From Corallochytrium limacisporum Hawaii (Eukaryota > Protista > Pluriformea), in assembly GCA_002811645.1 (NCBI GenBank), contig PDIP01000098.1, positions 1 through 47,732 on the forward strand: a stretch of 47,732 nt of DNA. The letters run 5' to 3'. A program made the translations under genes and the position numbers. Of the stretch, positions 31,170 through 42,478 are shown one piece after another (positions within the stretch are counted from its first letter, which is position 1; each line of letters begins with the position of its first letter). The notes under the pieces were generated by a model that did no database searches, was not told where the DNA came from, and saw only the letters and a list, made by a program, of their open reading frames with translations.

Positions 31170-32354
31170 CTGAGCCCGATCACCCTCCAGCTACAACCGC
31201 ACCAAACTTCATTTCGACCCGCTTCGCTCCCATATCAACATATCCGAGTTCACGCGAAATGGCTTTCGAAAACAGAACCAAAGATGTCAGCATATCACCA
31301 TTTCAAGAGTTGCAAGATTCTTTGTTTTGCTCTGGCTCTGATTCGTTTGGGTTTTTGGGTGTCGCTCCATCCTCCGAAGTAGGTTGAGACTCGCCTTCTT
31401 CCCTCCCGGGTCAGGGGAAGGCCCCGTCTGGTGCCGCGCAATTCCAGCTGTCCGGTTGCCTACGCGAGACTGTGGAGAGAGAGTGAAGGGCCGCATCAGT
31501 GCGCGGGCCGATGAAACAGCCACCTTTTCACAATAGTCCGGATATTTCCATCGCTACCTAACGTACGCGCCTAGTACATACCGACAAGCCGTATGAACTA
31601 AAGAGAAATATGTGTCAATTCAGTACTTTCATTATGGGTTGGTATGGTTTCCCGATAGTGGAAGGACCGCTTCCGCGAATCCACACACAAACCGAAAACA
31701 CACACAAAAGTGATTAGGAATGGGAGGGAAAATGGCATCAGAAACTCCTGAGTGGTTCTGAGAGGGGTTTACTTGGTCGAGTATCCGAAGTATTGTCTGG
31801 GATAGTTTCGTAAATTTCATATTTTCTCGTCAGCAGAGGAGGGCCTGATCCAGTACTGAAATCACCAAGGTCGAATGGCTTTCCATCTCTGTACTAATTG
31901 GCCCATGTGCAGTGTGATTCAGTACCAAAAGGTAGAACCGGCCCCGTGGGCTACCCATTTCCATACAATTGCAGGGGCAAAAGTCAATCATAGCGTACAA
32001 AGCAGTCATATTTGCAGTGATGATCTAGCCAATGCAGGTCACTTACTGTGGGCTTTGTGGCCCCTTGTGTGCCTCCCATTGACCCGAGTAGTAGCAAACA
32101 CCACAGCCTTTCATATGCACAAAGGCAAGATAATGCACCGGTGTTGCTCTGGTACTACTTAATCTATTATAGCAACATATGGCGGGTTGTATTGCATTGA
32201 AGTAGGTTTAACATCTCAATTGTTGTGGAACTCCATTTGGAACGTTTCGCGGGTATAAAGTCGTCGACTGCTATTTAATCAGCAGTTAATTTTCTTTATT
32301 TATTTAAGGGTACATATTCGGGAATAACCTCGGGTTAACCAGTTTAGATTCAAT

Positions 32355-33029
32355 ATGGTTCGCAAGTCCATTTACAAGCAGCGCACTCCCTTCGTCAAGA
32401 AGGCTGCTGCTGCCGCCAAGGCTGTCGTTGAAGAGGGTGCCACCAAGACCAAGAAGGTCGGTGGTGCTAAGAATGGTGGCGAGCGCACCGTCCCTGTGCA
32501 GAAGGCCAGCCGTTTCTACCCCACCGAGGACGGCCCCGTGGCTCTGAAGACTCGCAAGTCTGCTCGCATCGCCAAGCTGAAGGCTTCTCTGACCCCCGGT
32601 ACCGTGGTCATTATTCTGTCGGGTCCTTTCAAGGGTAAGCGTGCCGTCTTCCTGAAGCAGCTCGAGTCTGGTCTGTGCTTGATCACTGGTCCTTTCAAGG
32701 TCAACGGTGTGCCTCTGCGTCGCGCCGACCAGGTCTACTTGCAGGCTACCTCCACCAAGATCGATGTGTCTCAGCTGTCTCTGCCCGCTGAGGTCAACGA
32801 TGAGCTGTTCGCTAAGACCAAGGACGGAAAGAAGAAGAAGGGTGAATCTGACTTCATGCAACAAGATGCCTCTGCCAAGAAGCCCGTGGACCAGAAGCGC
32901 ATTGACCTGCAGAAGAAGGTTGACGATCAGCTCCTGCCGGCCATCAACAAGGATAGCATGCTCGCCGCCTACCTGCACGCTCGTTTCAGCCTGCAGAAGG
33001 GACAGTACCCCCATGCCATGAAGTTCTAA
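32355..33029 (+). CDS. RPL6: 60S ribosomal protein L6 (eL6)
   Basis: KKVGGAKNGGER, SLTPGTVVIILSGPFKGKRAVFLKQL, ITGPFKVNGVPLRR, YPHAMKF; strong codon bias. Confidence 0.97.
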   Translation: MVRKSIYKQRTPFVKKAAAAAKAVVEEGATKTKKVGGAKNGGERTVPVQKASRFYPTEDGPVALKTRKSARIAKLKASLTPGTVVIILSGPFKGKRAVFLKQLESGLCLITGPFKVNGVPLRRADQVYLQATSTKIDVSQLSLPAEVNDELFAKTKDGKKKKGESDFMQQDASAKKPVDQKRIDLQKKVDDQLLPAINKDSMLAAYLHARFSLQKGQYPHAMKF

Positions 33030-33297
33030 GTTATCGTTTAGAAACATCATGTAAGCATAACTTATATTACTGTCGTGGATTATCACCACGCAAACAGCAT
33101 ATTTAGTCCTATTCACACAATCCCTGACATCTTTTCACCAACCTTTTAGCATCATCATTGCATTTTTACAAATCAAATTGGCATAACAACACCAAACAGC
33201 ACAAACGCAATTAAAGCAAGATCTTTGCCCATGTTAAGCAAAGAGATATATATTCTATTTGTAAGAGTCTAGTGCTTGCTCACCATGCTCACCGTCA

Positions 33298-33343
33298 TCA
33301 CCCTCCATCCAAGTCAATTGCTGTCACCCTCCATCCAAGTCAA
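33298..33343. repeat. 20-nt direct duplication (TCACCCTCCATCCAAGTCAA x2, period 26)
   Basis: Copies at 33298-33317 and 33324-33343. Confidence 0.9.
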
Positions 33344-33584
33344 CTCTGAGCAAACCCCCCCCCCCCGGGGGCCCTCTTCCTAGCGGCGCGAATGATTTAC
33401 GGGAAAAGGAGGGTATGGACCGGTCCGAACGACACACTGTTGTGCACCAAAAGGTACTTTCGTGCAAAAAGTGTGAACCAAATGGCTGGTATTGGCAGGC
33501 TTTCTATGTAGTGAATCTTGTTGCGAGCTAGAGATGATGATATAAAGATATGTAATTGAATGTGACAGAGTCCCGTGGGACGCC

Positions 33585-35369
33585 ATGCGATCAGCGGTAA
33601 AGAGTGGGAGAATCAGCCCGCCAGATAAAGGGGAGTCTGGGACGAGCAGTCCAAGGCCATCTCGCTCGTCGCTAACGTCTGCATCAGGACAGATTACTAT
33701 TAGCCGATCTGTAGATCACAGCGCCACACAGGAAGTGAAGATTGTTATTCCTGACGATCCGGGTTATAGGCTGCAGCTTGGGTTAAGAACTAAGGAAGAT
33801 GGTTCAGTCGTGTCAAGGGCCCATCCTTTAACCCTCGCCTTGAGACGATGGGCCTACGATGGAGAAGCCGTACGATGTTTGGTCATTATGCCATATCCGT
33901 TGAATGAAATATTTGCTGAACGTTCGGCTGCTGGGGATACGAAAATCGTGAAGCATCACCACACTTTTCGAGAGATTTATTCGACAATGCATTTTGAGCA
34001 CCGCATCCACGATGTGGACGTCACTCATGAGAATGCAGAAATCACTAAACCAACACAGGCGCAGTCACCTGCGGGTTCTCTGCCTATGGGCCAGCTGACA
34101 TCCCCGAGAGGCACAAGACGGAATGTTGGACAGACGCTTTCGCCCTCTGCCGCATCTCTAGAGAGTAGGACCTCACAAGACTCTCTGGCTGAAAATGCCT
34201 TTGGTGAGGCCACTGCTGTTAGTGCATCGTTTACTCACATGAATCATGAAGGATCAGAAGAGAACTGGTTCATATGTCCAAATGGTGACATTGTGCACGA
34301 AGTAGTCTTCATAATGCCACAGATGGCACGACGAGACGTTTGTACTCTGGATCTGACCATTGCGCTGGATCCTAACGAGAAGGCCCTCGAGACGTGGCTG
34401 CACGATAGTCGGCAGAAGAGACCGCTTAGCTTCGTGATGGATGACACCCTCTTACTGACCATGTATGTGAGCTTGAAGTCGAATCAAAATCTTATGAAAC
34501 TGCTGAGGCCCATACCTTTACCAAAAGTGCACCAGTCTCTGCGTGATAGCGCAGAAGGATACAGTCTCGTATTTTCTGTGCAAGCACCCAATGTTCGAGA
34601 TCTCGAGCATGATGATCCTGTGTCTGAGGAGAGCACTAGGCCAACGACTGACATTTGTCTTGTAGATGCGCGGCTGCAGATTGAGTCTGAAAAGAGGATC
34701 ACCCGAATTGGAGATGGACAAGAAGCTTTGGGAACAGCACTTGCGAACACTAAAGAAACATCTGCACCAAAGGATCTGTTGAACTCTGGCATGGCATTCC
34801 AAGTTGCACGTGAGCCAAAATTCAGTGAACCCCTGTTCCGGCCATTGCAGGCCGGAGATAAGTACGACATCCTTATGACTATCTTCCCAAACAGCAGCAT
34901 TGTGGCACAGTATGGCATCGCTAGCTTCACAGCCATGCTCTATCTCACCTACGAAGTTCACGGAGGGGCACAGCGTATCACTGCCCAGTACCCTGTGTCT
35001 GAGATCGATACTCGATCACCGGCTTTCAGTGTGAGCATGGAGCAGATTTCAGATGCAACCCAAGGGTGCATGTTTCAAATCAACTATGTGATCAGCGGTC
35101 GGCGGGATATGACAGACATTAGCATGTTCATAGAATTACCAAAGTCACAGCAAGAGGATGGCAGCATGGAGACCAACATTATGCTCTCCCACACTAAATC
35201 AATTCACCTGGGCAATTGGCGTGCGAACACATTTCGAAATATTCCGATTGACTTTGTCGCCCTTCGGGGAGGAACATATAGCATCCCTCCGCCAAAGATC
35301 TACGACAACGTTCGCAAGAGATACTTACCTATTAAGTGCAACCAACTGTTCACCACTATCGAGCACTAG
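33585..35369 (+). CDS. TRAPP-associated protein, TRAPPC14 (C7orf43)/Trs65-like
   Basis: 594-aa ORF. RRWAYDGEAVRCLVIM resembles TRAPPC14 RRNHLYLGETVRFLLVL. C-terminal beta-sandwich FQINYVI...LG...IDFVALRGGTYSI is typical of TRAPPC13/14/Trs65. Confidence 0.55.
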   Translation: MRSAVKSGRISPPDKGESGTSSPRPSRSSLTSASGQITISRSVDHSATQEVKIVIPDDPGYRLQLGLRTKEDGSVVSRAHPLTLALRRWAYDGEAVRCLVIMPYPLNEIFAERSAAGDTKIVKHHHTFREIYSTMHFEHRIHDVDVTHENAEITKPTQAQSPAGSLPMGQLTSPRGTRRNVGQTLSPSAASLESRTSQDSLAENAFGEATAVSASFTHMNHEGSEENWFICPNGDIVHEVVFIMPQMARRDVCTLDLTIALDPNEKALETWLHDSRQKRPLSFVMDDTLLLTMYVSLKSNQNLMKLLRPIPLPKVHQSLRDSAEGYSLVFSVQAPNVRDLEHDDPVSEESTRPTTDICLVDARLQIESEKRITRIGDGQEALGTALANTKETSAPKDLLNSGMAFQVAREPKFSEPLFRPLQAGDKYDILMTIFPNSSIVAQYGIASFTAMLYLTYEVHGGAQRITAQYPVSEIDTRSPAFSVSMEQISDATQGCMFQINYVISGRRDMTDISMFIELPKSQQEDGSMETNIMLSHTKSIHLGNWRANTFRNIPIDFVALRGGTYSIPPPKIYDNVRKRYLPIKCNQLFTTIEH

Positions 35370-35455
35370 GCTCCATGCAAGCGAAGTACGGCGGGCGCAA
35401 TCGTGCACTGTACAGTATAAATTTCAAGTAAATTTGTATCTATTACCCATTGTGT

Positions 35456-36679
35456 TTAGCGATCACGACGGTGACCTGATGCATGGCCCTGTTGCGCGCC
35501 ACCGTGTGGCCGGGACGATGCGACTCTCTGCCGCTTTGCGTCGTGTCGCACTTTACTGCTGTCATCCGGCAGGAATTTGCGCCGGGGATACTGTAGATCC
35601 GGTGGTAGCCCGTAGAGAGCGTTTTTGTGTGGTTTCGGGTCCTCAGCAAAGTAGCTAGACTTCATAGCTGCTAAAGCAGTGGGTCGCTTCGATGGATCCA
35701 TTGCAAGCAATTCTTGAAGCAGCTGCACCCCGGTATGGCTGACGGGGCCACCGTGATCCTTCAAGAAACTTCGCATGATATGTTGAAGCTGTGGACGGTA
35801 TTTCTCCTTGGGGAATGAAGACAAGTGATGGTACTCCGGCAAATGAACTAGTCCCGGCCAGTAATTCTCGTTCGGAAAACCCATGACATTGAATATCTTT
35901 TCCAACTGATCCCGTTGAAATGGATTCTTGCTCTGTTGGCTATCAACCTGCAGACCATGGAAGATAGGCTTCGTGGTTATCAGTTCGGCAAAGATGCAGC
36001 CAATGGCCCAAATATCCACAGCCTTGGTATAATGTCGCGCTCCGAGGAGCAGTTCCGGTGCTCTATACCAAATAGTCACCACTACTGGGTCCACATCTGC
36101 CAAAGGCTTCAGCGGATTCTGGAAGCAGCGGGCCATTCCCAAGTCTGCCACCTTAACTGTACCTTCGCCCATGCCTTTACCCACGACCAAGATATTGGCC
36201 GGCTTTAGATCTCTGTGCAGTACCCAATTACTGTGCAAGTAGTGTATACCATTTAGAACTTGCCATAATAAAGATTTGATCATTCGCTCAGGCAGATATA
36301 TTTTTTCCCCCATTTTGGCACTGAGGTCTCGATGGTGCTGCACCATCAAGAACAGGTCGTGTTCGGCATAATCGAACAGGAGCCAAACGTGCCGATCAAC
36401 AGGGTTTAGGAACACATCGACAATGCAAACGATATTTTCGTGGTTTAATTCCCGTAGTAATGAGATCTCTCGACACGCGCTGGAACTCAGACCGTCTGCA
36501 AAGGCAGTGCCTTTGATTTTCTTCAATGCGTACACCTTGCCATTGTCAAAGTCTTTCCGCCGTGCCTTGTAGACGACACCGTACGTACCCTCTCCAATCT
36601 TGTACTTTGCATACTCAAATTTATCCTCAACGGAGGTACGCAACAGCCGCTTGGCTTCCTTGAAATTGCGATCGACCAT
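35456..36679 (-). CDS. CDK8: Mediator kinase CDK8/Ssn3
   Basis: SSSACREISLLREL, VWLLFDYAEHDL, LHSNWVLHRDLKPANIL, ADLGMAR, DPVVVTIWYRAPELLLGARHYTKAVDIWAIGCIFAEL. Confidence 0.97.
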   Translation of the reverse strand: MVDRNFKEAKRLLRTSVEDKFEYAKYKIGEGTYGVVYKARRKDFDNGKVYALKKIKGTAFADGLSSSACREISLLRELNHENIVCIVDVFLNPVDRHVWLLFDYAEHDLFLMVQHHRDLSAKMGEKIYLPERMIKSLLWQVLNGIHYLHSNWVLHRDLKPANILVVGKGMGEGTVKVADLGMARCFQNPLKPLADVDPVVVTIWYRAPELLLGARHYTKAVDIWAIGCIFAELITTKPIFHGLQVDSQQSKNPFQRDQLEKIFNVMGFPNENYWPGLVHLPEYHHLSSFPKEKYRPQLQHIMRSFLKDHGGPVSHTGVQLLQELLAMDPSKRPTALAAMKSSYFAEDPKPHKNALYGLPPDLQYPRRKFLPDDSSKVRHDAKRQRVASSRPHGGAQQGHASGHRRDR

Positions 36680-38012
36680 AATGTACTCACAAAGAGCAAC
36701 TGCTATCGTCAGGCATCGACTATATCATAATGTCTACATACTTTCAACGCAGCAAGAAATCCCCGGAGAAATGAAAGTTCTGAACAGGACTCGTCGCTGG
36801 TGCTTCCTCATTTTTGTCAGAAAGTATTAAACGATTTCTCTGCTACCCTGCTCCTCTTTTGAAGTAGCCGCGACGCTCCGTATTGTGCACAAAAACAAAA
36901 ATATCCAAAACAGTTCGGACTCAGAGCCTCACCATTTGATTTCAATCTATAAATCAAATATCCTTGTACTATATATCATATAAATATTTGAAATCAATAA
37001 CGTAAATACTTAATATACTGCATGAAAGCTTTTGATTCACGACGACGAGCGCAAAGCTTCTGCCGGTGTTCGAGAACAAACAAAATTCGAGCTACGGCAG
37101 AACAATGTGACCAAGGACCTGTAATTTTTGGGCTATTTAGTATGAAGAAAGGATAAGAAATGATCCATGAGAGGTATCTGCGTCAGCAGAAAGACAATCG
37201 TCACGCCACCAATCTTGATGCACAAGCCTTCCTGTACGATAGGTGTAAGTAAGCAAGGAGGAAAGGACAAAACACATTTTTAATACTTAATGTACCTTCA
37301 TTTTATCCACTATTGAAGGTATAAATCACTAACTAGAAAACATGGTTTACGGGGTTTATAGCATTCGGAGAATTTTTGGCACGCCTCTCTGCTCAGCTGA
37401 TGCGCGATGGTTCCCCGCGCGACAGTTGATTCACTATGCTAGCGCTGCTCTGTGGGCCAATCAAAGGGGGAGTAAATGGTGGACCGGAAGAGGAGAACGC
37501 AAAAGGTCGAGGTCAGCTCCAATTAAGAATTTTTCACTTTCGATTTTTTGCGTGTAATATGGCTGACTTGTTGCGCGCTCAGAACGATTTGAAAGCGATG
37601 GTGCTCAGGGGAAGGGATCGTCCACCTGGCTGGCCAACATACGAAGGATTTAATAGTATTGAAAAGTGAAGCACGGGAGAGAGAAGTTGAAGGCAGAGAG
37701 AGCGCAGCAAGAGTTTACACATCCCATTCCCGGGCCAAGTTATGGAGTGAAACCCCGTGTGTAGATGGTCCAAGCGAGCATGTCATTCGAAGTGTGGGTG
37801 GGTAGGGCCGCGTAAGGGACACCACCACCACCAGTGACTGTGATTTGGGCGGGGCATCGCGCGGGGGCGTTCTTAGATTGCGATGTAGCGGGAGCGTCCG
37901 AAAGGTATTTAAATGAGATCATGCACCGCAGGTATTTGGGACTGGTTGTGTAATCATCATGACTTAAACCATCTTTCATGAAGTTTGTCTACAGACTCTA
38001 CCATTAGCAAAT

Positions 38013-39149
38013 ATGACTGATTCTTGTACATTTAAGCCAAAGTCCAATGGTGCTGCGGCCACCAACGAAAATGGCAAGCGCATCAACGACGAGGTCGCTG
38101 AATACTACGGCAAGATCCTGAAGACCAATGACGATCTGAAAACTGATGCTTGCGCCACCGCTACAGCTATCCCCAAGCACATCAAGAAGATCATGGGTGA
38201 AATCCACGACGAGGTTGCTTCCAAGTACTACGGGTGCGGTCTTTGTGTTCCCGATGAGCTCGAGGGCCGCCGCGTATTGGACCTGGGTTCCGGTTCCGGT
38301 CGAGATGTCTACATTATCAGTCGCCTGGTTGGTGAAGACGGGTATGTTCTCGGGGTCGATATGACCGATGCTCAGCTGGACGTGGCAAACAAGTACGTGC
38401 AGTATCACACTGACGCCTTCGGATACAAGAAGCCTAACGTTGAGTTTCGCAAGGGCTACATTGAGAAGCTGGATGAGTTGAATCTCCCTGATAATTCCTT
38501 CGATGTCATCGTATCGAATTGTGTCATCAACTTGAGCCCCGATAAAGAGGCTGTGCTGAGGGAGGCTTATCGTCTGCTGAAGCCCGGCGGTGAGCTTTAC
38601 TTCAGCGATGTATACAGTGATCGCCGTGTATCCGAAGATCTGCGCAACGATAAAGTTCTGTGGGGTGAGTGCCTGAGCGGTGCACTATACTGGAACGATT
38701 TCCATAACCTGGCCAAGAAGGTTGGTTTCGCTGACCCTCGCCTGGTGGAGGACCACCGTCTCGGAATTGGAAACAAGAAGATCAAGGAGCTTGTGGGACA
38801 CATTGACTTTTACAGTGCCACATACCGTCTTTTCAAGCTACCCTTGGAGCCAGCCTGCGAGGACTATGGCCAAGCGGTTATCTACAAGGGTACCATCCCA
38901 AGTTCTCCTAAGAAATTCACCCTGGACAATCATCACATCATTGATACTGGCAAGGTCTTCCCTGTCTGTGGCAACACATACGACATGCTGGCAAAGAGCC
39001 GCTTCGCAAAGCACTTTGAGTTCATCGGCGACACATCCACTCACTACGGTATCTTTAAGGACTGTGGCACTGGTGTGCCTTACGAGTCCGCTAAGCAGCC
39101 TGCCAATCAGTCTGGAGGCTTCGGCCCGCCCGCTGGTGGCTGCTGCTAG
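38013..39149 (+). CDS. AS3MT: Arsenite S-adenosylmethionine methyltransferase (ArsM/AS3MT)
   Basis: YYGK.L....DLKTDAC, KYYGCG, SAM motif VLDLGSGSGRD, VSNCVINL, LWGECLSGALYW, SATYRLFK, C-terminal GGCC. Confidence 0.96.
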   Translation: MTDSCTFKPKSNGAAATNENGKRINDEVAEYYGKILKTNDDLKTDACATATAIPKHIKKIMGEIHDEVASKYYGCGLCVPDELEGRRVLDLGSGSGRDVYIISRLVGEDGYVLGVDMTDAQLDVANKYVQYHTDAFGYKKPNVEFRKGYIEKLDELNLPDNSFDVIVSNCVINLSPDKEAVLREAYRLLKPGGELYFSDVYSDRRVSEDLRNDKVLWGECLSGALYWNDFHNLAKKVGFADPRLVEDHRLGIGNKKIKELVGHIDFYSATYRLFKLPLEPACEDYGQAVIYKGTIPSSPKKFTLDNHHIIDTGKVFPVCGNTYDMLAKSRFAKHFEFIGDTSTHYGIFKDCGTGVPYESAKQPANQSGGFGPPAGGCC

Positions 39150-39208
39150 TTGACTCAAGGGCATGACTAGGGAGGATGAATAAGACCAATCCTCCTCTCG
39201 ACCGCCCT

Positions 39209-39315
39209 TATATATATCCGGATCCTTCTTGAACTGTGGCTCTCATCCAATATCATCGATAATATATCCGGACCTTCTTGTACTATCAAATTAATATACC
39301 TTTATCCAATATCTT
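39209..39315. repeat. Degenerate two-copy tandem repeat (ATATATCCGGA..CCTTCTTG.ACT...TCCAATATC)
   Basis: Units start near 39212 and 39262. Confidence 0.7.
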
Positions 39316-41355
39316 TGAAATTAAGCCAATGAAAACTAAAACCCCGTCCATTCCTCAGCGGTCGCTACTCTTTTCACTGCAACCCTACAGGCACGTACTC
39401 TGAGTACCGTGAAAACTCTGAATACCTCCGGTTTGTTTTTCCTTTTCGCTGCCTGGCACGTTCAGTACTGAACAGGTTCACGGTTGCAGAGCGCCGAGGG
39501 TGTCCGTGTGAGTAGCGAGGCCAGAACTAGGGATACGAGGGATTTGGGGCCCTGCTACGCTGCGCGCGTCCGTCACGAATTGAACGTACAGGAGAATGTG
39601 CCGCTTCAGTACTGAATAAACCTAACTTTTTAAGGTGAAATGCCACTTCCCGCTCTCAGCGCACGAATGCAGATTTCCCGCTTTCCAGGCCGAGTCCAGG
39701 AACCGCTGACGGGCGCGGGCCGAAATCTTTTCCTTCCCGTGGCTTTGGTGCGCGCCACCCCTTCCTCTCTCACGGCTGTTTCTTAGTTCCTTTTTTTTTT
39801 TGGTTTTGCCTTTGTCTCCTGAAGCACTGCAGATTTGGCCGCCAAGTCCTGCTACCCCCGCGGGTTCCCCCCTCCCCCTCCGGGGCACCGCAATGGCACC
39901 CCACCCAGCCAGACTCGAGCAAAAAGAACCGCTGAGAAAAGAAGAAAAGGGAACTTTGAAAAATAAAAAACAAAGGACCCCTGCACCGGGGCAGAAATAA
40001 GGCAGTGAGCGGTCATACTGAGAAACTGGGGCACACTCCACGGGACTGGTGGCACTGCAGTACAGCGGTCCCGGACATGAGCGTACAGTTTCAGGCCCTC
40101 TAACACAACAAGGAGCGCGCATAGGGACACGTTGGTCAGTGTGTTTCGAAATGGAACGCAAGCAGCTTGGGCCGAGTCATGTTCAAGCGATGCGAACGAC
40201 AGCGCTAGGCGAAGCCCCACGGCAGGGCGGTGTTGTGCTAAATTGGCTCCGCTTGTCCCTTGCCGGTTTTTCCAAAGGGGTCACTGTCCACGTCACATAC
40301 CAGTACTGTCTATACCGTTCACCGTGGCGTTTCTCGCCGATGCTTCACCCTTCAGTCCCCTCGCAAACGACGCAACATGCGCCTGCTCTCGCTCCCCTTT
40401 GGATTCGCTTTTATTGTACTTGCTGTGTGTTTGCTCCTCATCGATGTGTGTGTATGTGTGTTGGGCGGTGACCTCCCGCTACTGAACAAAAAAGAGGCCC
40501 GCGTCCGAATCTTGCAAGGTCGAGCGTGTCGCGTGCGCCAGGGTCGTTGTAAGTGCCTTCGCCGTAGAGGTGTGTGAGTGTGTGTGTCGGAACACCCCCC
40601 CCTCAAACAAAACATTTCCCGTCCCCGGAAATGCTTTTTGAAGTTCCGAAAACAGTGGGACGGGAAGGGGAGGGGGCAGGGGGTGAGGTCTTTTGTCTGG
40701 GGACTGCTGGTTCTGTGAAAGAGAAAAACAACACAGAGAACTTTCCACGGACCGAGCTGATTCGCGAAGGGTGAACAAGAGAGAGGTGGGGTGTGTGTGT
40801 GTGTGTTGTGCGAGAGGGTGGGGGAGGCCCCCCATTGAAGAAAATTGTTAGTTTGCAGCGTGGTGTTTTTGTAATTGTACAAGGCGCTATCCGACAGCCA
40901 CAGCAGCATGTGCAGCACTAATGCATTGGTTGGCGACTGCTGTTGTTCGAGTTTGTGATAAGGCCTTCGTTTTGAGCTGTAGTCTCCTTTCCTATGTGGG
41001 TGTGAGATGAATTGGGGAATCGGGTAGAGCAGCACAGCACGTTGGTCAAATGTTTTATCTTTCTGCTATTCTGTTTTACCCTTTCTGGGTGTTTTCCCGG
41101 TCGTGGAGGCATCCGTTGCTGCGCCATCCATAGCCACTTTTCCATTTTCATTGTCGGAGTAACGCGAGACAAACGATGTGGCAGGCGCCATGGCCAAGAA
41201 CAGTTCCATTTTAAGCAGCTTATAGACCTGCTTTCGGACAACCCGGGAAGGATAATTCTGGTATTTGATACACAACGCGTGGCAAAATAATCCAAATCTG
41301 TGAACCTAATCCAGGTGACATATATTCGGAAACACTTTCGGACATCAGTCAATAA

Positions 41356-41916
<561 letters not shown>

Positions 41917-42478
41917 ATGCGCATCATGTATCATCCCTTCACATGGAATTCTCATCACCTCAGTATATAGCAAGTTGGACACACTCATCATATTTCAACA
42001 CTTGATTTGATGGACATTTTGTTGCCCTTAGCCACCTCCCGAATTTCTGGACATGCGCGTTCCACACTCTCATTCCTTCATTCTTAACGTCTACAAGGGT
42101 CTTTACATGACGCGGCGTCTTGCATGGGATCTGGACCTTGAAGGTGGACCCTTGAGAGGGCAGTAGGAAAGGGCAACAAATTGGAGGTTTGCACTTGCGG
42201 GCTAATGTTTTGAGTGATTCTGGAATTTAACATTCGCACTTTTGTCCTTGACAATGTGGTTCGGGTTACTAGTAGGGACCTGGCCTCTTGAATGGGCTTG
42301 ATCACGAGACTAGTGGAAACTAGTACCGATTCAATCAGCATCCTTCCTTGTCAGCGGGGCTTTGTTGCGATATCTGCACAATTAAGGAATAGGTCATGTT
42401 GCGACAAGTACGAAATCTATGTTGAAATACATTTTCTTTATCCATTTCTTCAACCTCAGATAGAAAGTAATGAGACAT

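Noticed and set aside
32304-33116. 270-aa minus-strand ORF
   Set aside because: Antisense to strongly codon-biased RPL6, a common artefact.
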